Assembly (NCBI GenBank): GCA_000388065.2
Contig: KB932205.1
Source: Fonticula alba ATCC 38817
Taxonomy: Eukaryota; Protista; Nucleariida
Length of the DNA: 57,986 nucleotides
Direction: 5' to 3' (one strand)
A program made the translations under genes and the position numbers. The notes beneath the pieces were generated by a model. The model was given only the letters and a program-made list of their open reading frames with translations. It had not been told where the DNA came from and did not search any database. This document shows positions 51,523 to 57,986 of this stretch, piece by piece. Position 1 is the stretch's first letter, and every line of letters begins with the position of its first letter.

Positions 51523-54500
51523 ATGCCGTCGCTCATCAAAATCACCATCCTCGGCGCTCGGAATCTTCCCTGCTCCAGCCGATCGGTGGAATTCAGCGCT
51601 GAGGCTTTCCTCGGCGAGCGTCTGTTGGAACGGACCGGCAAATCTGCGTATGCATCCCACCCCCCCTTCCCCTTGCTTCCCCCCTCTGGCCCTTGATCCT
51701 CGCCCTCCTCTCAAAAGCATGCTGCCCCTGCACAGTCGCCGCCCTNNNNNNNNNNNNNNNNNNNNNNNNNNNNNNNNNNNNNNNNNGCGCAGATCGGCCA
51801 ATCCCTTCTGGAACAAGTCGATGCGCATCGAAATTGCCAACGAGTCGGATATTCACAACAATGCGGTGTGTTTCGCCGTGTCGGCACCTCTTGCTGGTGT
51901 TCGCTGCTTGCCTCTGTTGCCACCGCCGCCTGCTCCCCCATCGGCCGGCGCTGTCCCGCTCTAACGCCGCCTCCTGTCCCTCCTGCCTCCCCTTCGGGCA
52001 GCTCCGAGTGGTTGTCGTGTCGAGTGAGGCCTTCCATAAGCCGGAGAAAGTGGGCTCGGTCCTGCTGGATGTGTCGCCCCTGTTCACCTCGACCAAGGTC
52101 CTGTCCGGATGGATGCCGGTCTACCATCGGCACGGCCTGCGCGGAGAACTCTTCATATCGGTCAGCCTGGAGCTTTTGGGCGATCTGAACCCCTATCGGG
52201 ACTCGTCTGCCGGCGTGCGGTTCTACTCACGTAGCTCCGCCCCTCCAGGCACCTACCTCAAGGTGATCGGCTTCGTGGAGGAGATTTTCGATGGCGACAC
52301 GCCCCTGCGATTGCGGGACATCTTCAAGTCCTCCGGTGCCTTCGACGAGGCTGGCATCATGTCCATCGCTGGCCAGGTCCAGCGGCTGATCGGGCAGAAA
52401 GTCATCCGGCTGGTGCGCTGCTCTTGGTGTCTCGTGCTCCGTCTTGCCGTTGGTCTGGGTGTGCCCTCATGCTGACAGCAACTGCCCTCCCTCTCTCTGC
52501 CTCTCCCTATGTCCCATTCCTTGGCCCTTGTCCCTCGACAGGAGGGCAATTCCGTCCTGGGCTTTGAGATCCAGATCGACCCGGAGGACAGCCTGGTGGT
52601 CCGAGCCACCGGGACCGCCTGCCTGCTGAAGCAAATTGACGCGTCCTCCTCTTCGTCTTCCTCCTCTTCGTCCTCCTCCTCGGAGGAGGACTCCGACCGA
52701 GCCCTGTCCGCCTCGTCAGATGATTCTGCCCAGTCCGGGCTCTTTGACCAGGGGCATTCGGATTCCGGGTCGAGCACCGACGATTCCGGCTTCATGTCAC
52801 ACTCGGACGATGATGACCACCACCTGGAGAATGGGAGTAGCCATGCTGGCACCTCGGACTCCGACATGGAGGAGGACCAGCTGCCTGGGTCTTCGGCCTT
52901 GAACCCTCTGTCGCAGACAACGCCGGTGCGTCGTCCCCGCTGACGCCCGCCGCTCTTGTCCTTTTCTTTTCCTTTTTTTTTTTTTGCTTTTCACCCTCTC
53001 CTGTCGCTCTCTCTCTCTCTGTGTGTGTGTGTGTTGCCGATTCCTCCTTGCACTGACAAGACGCCCTTCCCCTTTTGCTCTGCCCGCCATTCGCCCGGGC
53101 TCCTCCCGGGTGGCATCCACATGCAGGCCACCGCCCTCCAGGGCGATCAGGCGCGTCCCGCTGAGGACCCCCACGACCAGGCGGACGGCGGGCGGTCAGT
53201 GGCCAATCGCTTCTCCCGGCGCCATGCGGTGACCGCCTCGTCGCTGGAGCTGCCGCTGATTACCATGCGGCGCCTGGGGCCGGAGCAAATTGGCCGCCTG
53301 GGGGGCATTGTGTCGGCGCGGTCGGTCAAAGTGTTCGAAGTCGACGGGGTGGAACGTCGGCGGGAGCTGCGCGACGAGTGGTGGAATGAGCTTCGGTCGG
53401 AGATTCGCGACCACGCACGGACCCTCCGCTGCAATGCGGTGGTCGGCTATAGCGAGACCCTGGAGGTTGTGGACGATGAGGTGTTGATTTTGTCGGCCGT
53501 CGGCACGGCGGTGCACCTCCTGCGCGCACACTATCACAATGTCACCGACAGCGAGGATTCCAGCAGCTCCAGCTCCAGCTCCAGCTCCGACTCGGATCCC
53601 GAGCGAGGACGCGACCGGCGAGCAGCTCGCGCCACCCGGCAGACTCGTGCCACGACGAGGTCGGCTCGGTCGGCCAGGCGGGCCCCGCGGCCCGGGGCAT
53701 CGGTGCAGTTGTTCCGTCCGCGGGCCACTGGCGGGCGTCGGACCGGGCTCTTTAGCCCTCGGGGCTCGGCCTTGCAGTCGTTCATGGCGGATTCTCGGCG
53801 CCGGAGCCGGGGTCCCGAGGGCGCAGCGGCCGTGGCCATTCCGGACCATCTAGATGGCGATCGGGCCCACGCCGGGGGCATGGGCGTCGCTCGGACCCGG
53901 ACCACCGGCTCCCGGCCGATGATCTGGGCACAGGCACGCAGCCGGCGGCCGCCGGCCGGGACAGGGCCCTTCTTCCCGGAGCAGCTCTTCCGGCGAAGTC
54001 ACAGTGCGCGTGCGGTCAGTGCCAGAAGGAGTCGCAGCCATCCCGGGCAGGATGGCCATCGTCCGTCCTCGCGGCCCGGGGCCATCGGTGTGACGGACGG
54101 CGAGTATTTGGCCGCGCGCGGCATGTCGCCGGCACCCGGGGCGGCGTCGACCACCGGGGCAGACCCCCGGCGCGGCGGGGCCACCAGGACGCGCCTCAGT
54201 CGGCAGGGGTCACGCAGCAGCCTGCACAATGTCCCCGGGGCTGGAGCCCGGTCACGAAGTGGTTCGCAGATGTCCACCACTGTCGGGGACAATGGCGAGA
54301 CGGTGGCCCAGGCGTCGCCCGGGCGGTTCTGGCGAAGCCCACGCTCGCGGCCGAATGCCACGCCGAGTGCGGCCCCGGCATCGGCGACGCCGGTGCACGT
54401 GCGCCGGTCCGATGGTCGAGCGGCCAGTCGGGGCGCGGCCGCGCCGACCGGGCATGCTGAGGCCCGGCGCACGCGCCACGAGGCGGTCAACACCCGGCTG

Positions 54501-56622
54501 TCGACGGCCCTGAAGAAGAATCCCGGCTGCTCGCTTTGCCATGTGAGCCATGATCTGCGCAATATGGCTCCCTTCCCGATGGCCTATCCCACATGCCGGC
54601 TGTGCCGAGGCAAGCATGTGCCGGAGCTGATCATCGCCACGACCGAAGGTGTCCCGGGTGAGCTGGAGTGGCTGCATGCGGGGAACTTGGTTTCCGGCGA
54701 GTCGGCGGCCATGGTCGCGCCAGGTGTCACTGATGGTGGTGGCAGTGGTGTCGGTGGTGTTGGTGATCGTGCGGGCAGCGGGGCGCCGCTCACCGGGGCG
54801 CGCTTCATCGAAGCGCGGGTGTGCCGCGCCCTGCCTGGGACCTCGTCATCGCACCAGCTGGCCCTGGCCCTGTCCGGGAGCCTGCCCTTTGTGGAGCATG
54901 AGCTGTACCGGCAGCTGCAATACCGTCTGCGCATGATGGGCATGAATGCGGTGTTCGACTTGAACATCGTTCTGTCAGCCTCGGCCGACCTGCTGACCAT
55001 CATCGCCACCGGGTCGGCCATCTTCCTGGCGGCGCTGCCAATCCCCCAGCGTTTCTCCGTGTCGGACGAGTCCTTCATGGGTCTGAACCCCGTCCTGCAG
55101 GGGATCTACACCCGGGTGAAGGAGGAGGCCAGGGAGGTATGTGCCGTCGAGCGCCCGGGGGGGGGGGGGATGGGTGCATGTGCCTTGGTGCTGCTTTCCG
55201 TGCTCTTGCGTGTGCAGGGAAGGGTTTTTTCTTTTGCTAACTACCTAGCGGCGTGCTGTCTGTCTGTCCTGTGTTCCTTCCCGGCCCCGCTGTTCCCGCA
55301 GTCCTACAGTGCCATCGACTTTCACTTGAGATCCTTCTTTGATCAGCGTCTCACCGAGGCGCAGTTCTTGACCATGCGGTCCACCCCGCACAGTGGCGGG
55401 CTCCGGTCCTGGCGCCCGGCCGGCTTGCTGTCACCGCACTCCGGCGAGGGGGCGTCGGTGACGGCTGCGAGTGGGATGGCCACGCGCGATGTGTCCTGGG
55501 GGGCCGTTTCGCCGGCTGGCCCGGCGCATGACCCTTCGACCATGGGCGAGTATGGCAACTTCGGGCGCGGTCAAGACTCGCTGACGCCCGAGTCCGAGAC
55601 ATCCAGCGACGACTACTCCTACGACCAGCGCATCAACCACGTCTTGACGGTGGACGATATGATTGACGCACACCGGGTGAGCCTTCTGCCCTCGCTGCGG
55701 TCTTCGGTGCGCTGGCCCCCATGGAGGTCTTTGCCATGTGTTGGGTGTTTTCTCGTTTCTTCCCCATGCTCTCGCGCTGACCTTCATCCATCCCCTGTGC
55801 ATGTATCTCCTCATCCCTTCCATGCTCCTCTCATCGCGCGCCCGCTGTCCTCCTCCTCTCTCCTCTTACTCCTCTCTCCACCCCTCCTCCCTCGCTCATC
55901 TCCCTATGTCTCCCTCTGCCAGGCCACTGTGCGCTTGCTGGCATCACACGATGTGAATCTCATCGCCAACGAGGACTACGAGGACCTGCTGCTCAACACG
56001 GAAAGCGATTCCAGCAGCAGCTCCAGCAGTAGCGCCAGCAGCTGTGCTACCAGTAGCTCCAGCGGCCCGTCGAGCTCCGGCAGCGGTGGAGGCCCCCATG
56101 GCGGCGGCCTCACCACCTCCTCTTCCGTGGCATGGGACGAGCCGGGCGGGCACCAGTCCCACTCGTCGGATGATGAGGTCTTCCGGTTGGGCCCCGCCGA
56201 GCGGCGGCTCTCGGAATGCCCACGCCTGAGCATCCCGGAGCCGGAGCTGCACATCGCCCACACCGACCAGCCATCCATCGGGGGGCTGGCCCTGCTGCCG
56301 GTGTCCGAGGGCAAGACCCCTGGCGGTGCCTCGCCGGCTGATGTGATGCGCCTACTGGACGATAGCGCCGCCGGTGGGCCCGATCGCCGCCATCCCCGGC
56401 AGCAGCGGCAACACCAGCGACAGCAACGGCAGCAGCATCACCACCCCCGGCAACACCAGCATTCGGCCTCCTCGACCGAGCCCCCGCAGCAGGCATTCCT
56501 GATGACCGAGACCCGGACGGTGACCCTGGTGCAAAAGTTTTCCCTGTGGCACCCGGATGACAGTCTCGGCCTGGTGGGGGATGATCATCCGGCTTCGACC
56601 CCGGCGACGAGCGATGTACCAT

Positions 56623-56660
<38 letters not shown>

Positions 56661-57986
56661 AGTCTCCTGAGCAGCATGTGGACAAGGAGCCTAGGGCTGG
56701 GCGGGGGTAGTGGCCGGGCGGCCGGCGGCCCGGGGTCCGGGGGGCCCGGTGGATCCGGCGATCCCGGGACTCTGCGCGCCCCGGACACCAGCAATCCCAC
56801 GGCCGTGGCTTTGACCAGCCTGAAGTACTCCCGCAGGCTGAATGACAGTTTGAACCGGCTGTACGAGCAGCTGGTGGCCAAGGTTCACCGGGAGCACCAG
56901 CCCCCGGGGCCGGTGGCCCTGCTGGACAGTCTGAGCAGCTTGTCGAAGGCCGCGGCGGCCGGCATGTGCGCCGCGCACCGGGCCACCTATGGCCATCCTG
57001 GGGTGAATACTCTGGGTGCGGCGCTGCCCGCGGCTCCGGCCGGGGCCAGCTGCCTGGATGCCCTGGCCGAGGCGGACGCGCCGCTGGTGTGTGCGCGTGC
57101 TCGGAGCCTCATCGACCCGCTGGTCATCTGCGGGATCCGGTACAATTTCCAATGTCTGCCAGCCAATCAAGTTTTGTTGACGCTCAGTGCGCTGGTGGTG
57201 GCCCGGCGCCCGGCCGCCGTGTGGGAGCGCCCCTGCTGCCTGGTGGCTGACGGCCAGTCGCCGGTCGAGTCGGCGGCGGCCGCGGCGGCCAGTCTGACAT
57301 CCTCCGGCAGTATGCCGCTGCTGGGCCATGCGCCGCTCAGCGAGGAGGCGCCCCACCTGACCGTGCCGATGGCGCTGGCCGGCGGGGACACCGACCTGTT
57401 GGTGGCCGGTGGCGGCGGCGGCGGTGGCGGCGGCTCGGCCACGCCCACTCCCCCCGTTGAAGACCTTGCCGACCTTTCGCCGTGGGACACGCATCGCTGG
57501 CTTAACCACATTTCCTCATCAGCGCTGACGAAGCGGGTGCGTATTTCCCGGCTGCGGCTTTTCTTGTTGCTTTTTTTCCCCGCCCCTCCCCGGCCTGCCC
57601 CCTTCCCTCCCTTCGTGGCCCACTGATCCATGAGACTTGTCCTGTCCCATCGCATGCCGGGGCTCGCTCCTCCAGCCGAATGTCATGATCACCCCCTTGG
57701 ATACGGTGTTCGGCGCGCGCATTGTCGGGCAATTTGGCAACCTCTTCCTGCCGCTATTGCGCGAGGATACCTCCGCCCCGTCGCATCACCAGCACAATGA
57801 GGATGCGCGCCTCGGGGACTTCCTGCAGGCCGTGTACTTTGAGTCGGCGGCCCTGGTGCGATCGCACGTCCTGGCCCGGGGGGGCAATGCCCTGCTGCAT
57901 TACCGCGTGGACCGGCAGATCCTCAACGATTCGATGACCACCTGCCTCATTTTGATTAGCGGGTGCGTGGACTTTTTTTTTTCCCC
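51523..57986 (+). CDS. C2CD5: C2 domain-containing protein 5 (C2 + YbjQ-like repeats), 3'-partial
   Basis: MPSLIKITILGARNLP; NPFWN; LSGWMPVYHRHGLRGEL; GDLNPYRDSSAGVRFY; GFVEE; GQVQRLIGQKV..|EGNSVLGF..LVVRATGTAC; SARSVK; RDEWWNELRSEIRDHARTLRCNAVVGYSE; CSLCH..PFPM..CRLC..VPELIIAT; LPFVEHELYRQL..GMNAVF; VLARGGNALLHY. Runs off the window end. Confidence 0.93.

Noticed and set aside
52636-56760. Poly-Ser, poly-Gly and Gln-rich stretches in C2CD5 (and poly-Ala/Ser in PRP40) as novel domains
   Set aside because: Trinucleotide-repeat-derived low-complexity linkers, pervasive across proteins in this window.

Overview
GC-rich, intron-containing eukaryotic nuclear DNA from a draft assembly with 8 N-gaps. 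It holds about 16 protein-coding genes, mostly housekeeping. In order: an unknown membrane protein (5'-partial), ALAS/HEM1, RagA/Gtr1, an MFSD3/AmpG-like MFS transporter, Mpo1 (DUF962), a divergent THOC3/Tex1-like WD40 protein, RPL36A/eL42, RPL36/eL36, TFB1M, PRP40, ARP5, ELP6, a DUF167 protein, RBBP4/MSI1, NMD3, TSEN2 and C2CD5 (3'-partial). Gene content and intron style suggest a unicellular opisthokont such as a Fonticula-like protist; this is inference, not a database result. I found no tRNA, rRNA, CRISPR array or transposon, and no convincing novel multi-gene system. Most interesting observations: (1) an Illumina adapter fragment inside RBBP4 that creates a false 117-bp duplication; (2) a shared GGCATCGGATGC...GCATCCG inverted-repeat element in the long first introns of the two adjacent ribosomal-protein genes; (3) extra Cys-Pro heme-regulatory-like motifs inside the ALAS catalytic domain; (4) a GTRCGY 5' splice-site consensus with poly-C introns; (5) protein-level oddities (eL42 K40E, a C2CD5 C2 domain lacking Ca2+ ligands, a ~315-aa TFB1M N-terminal extension). 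Gene identities come from motif recognition and exon boundaries were inferred by eye.
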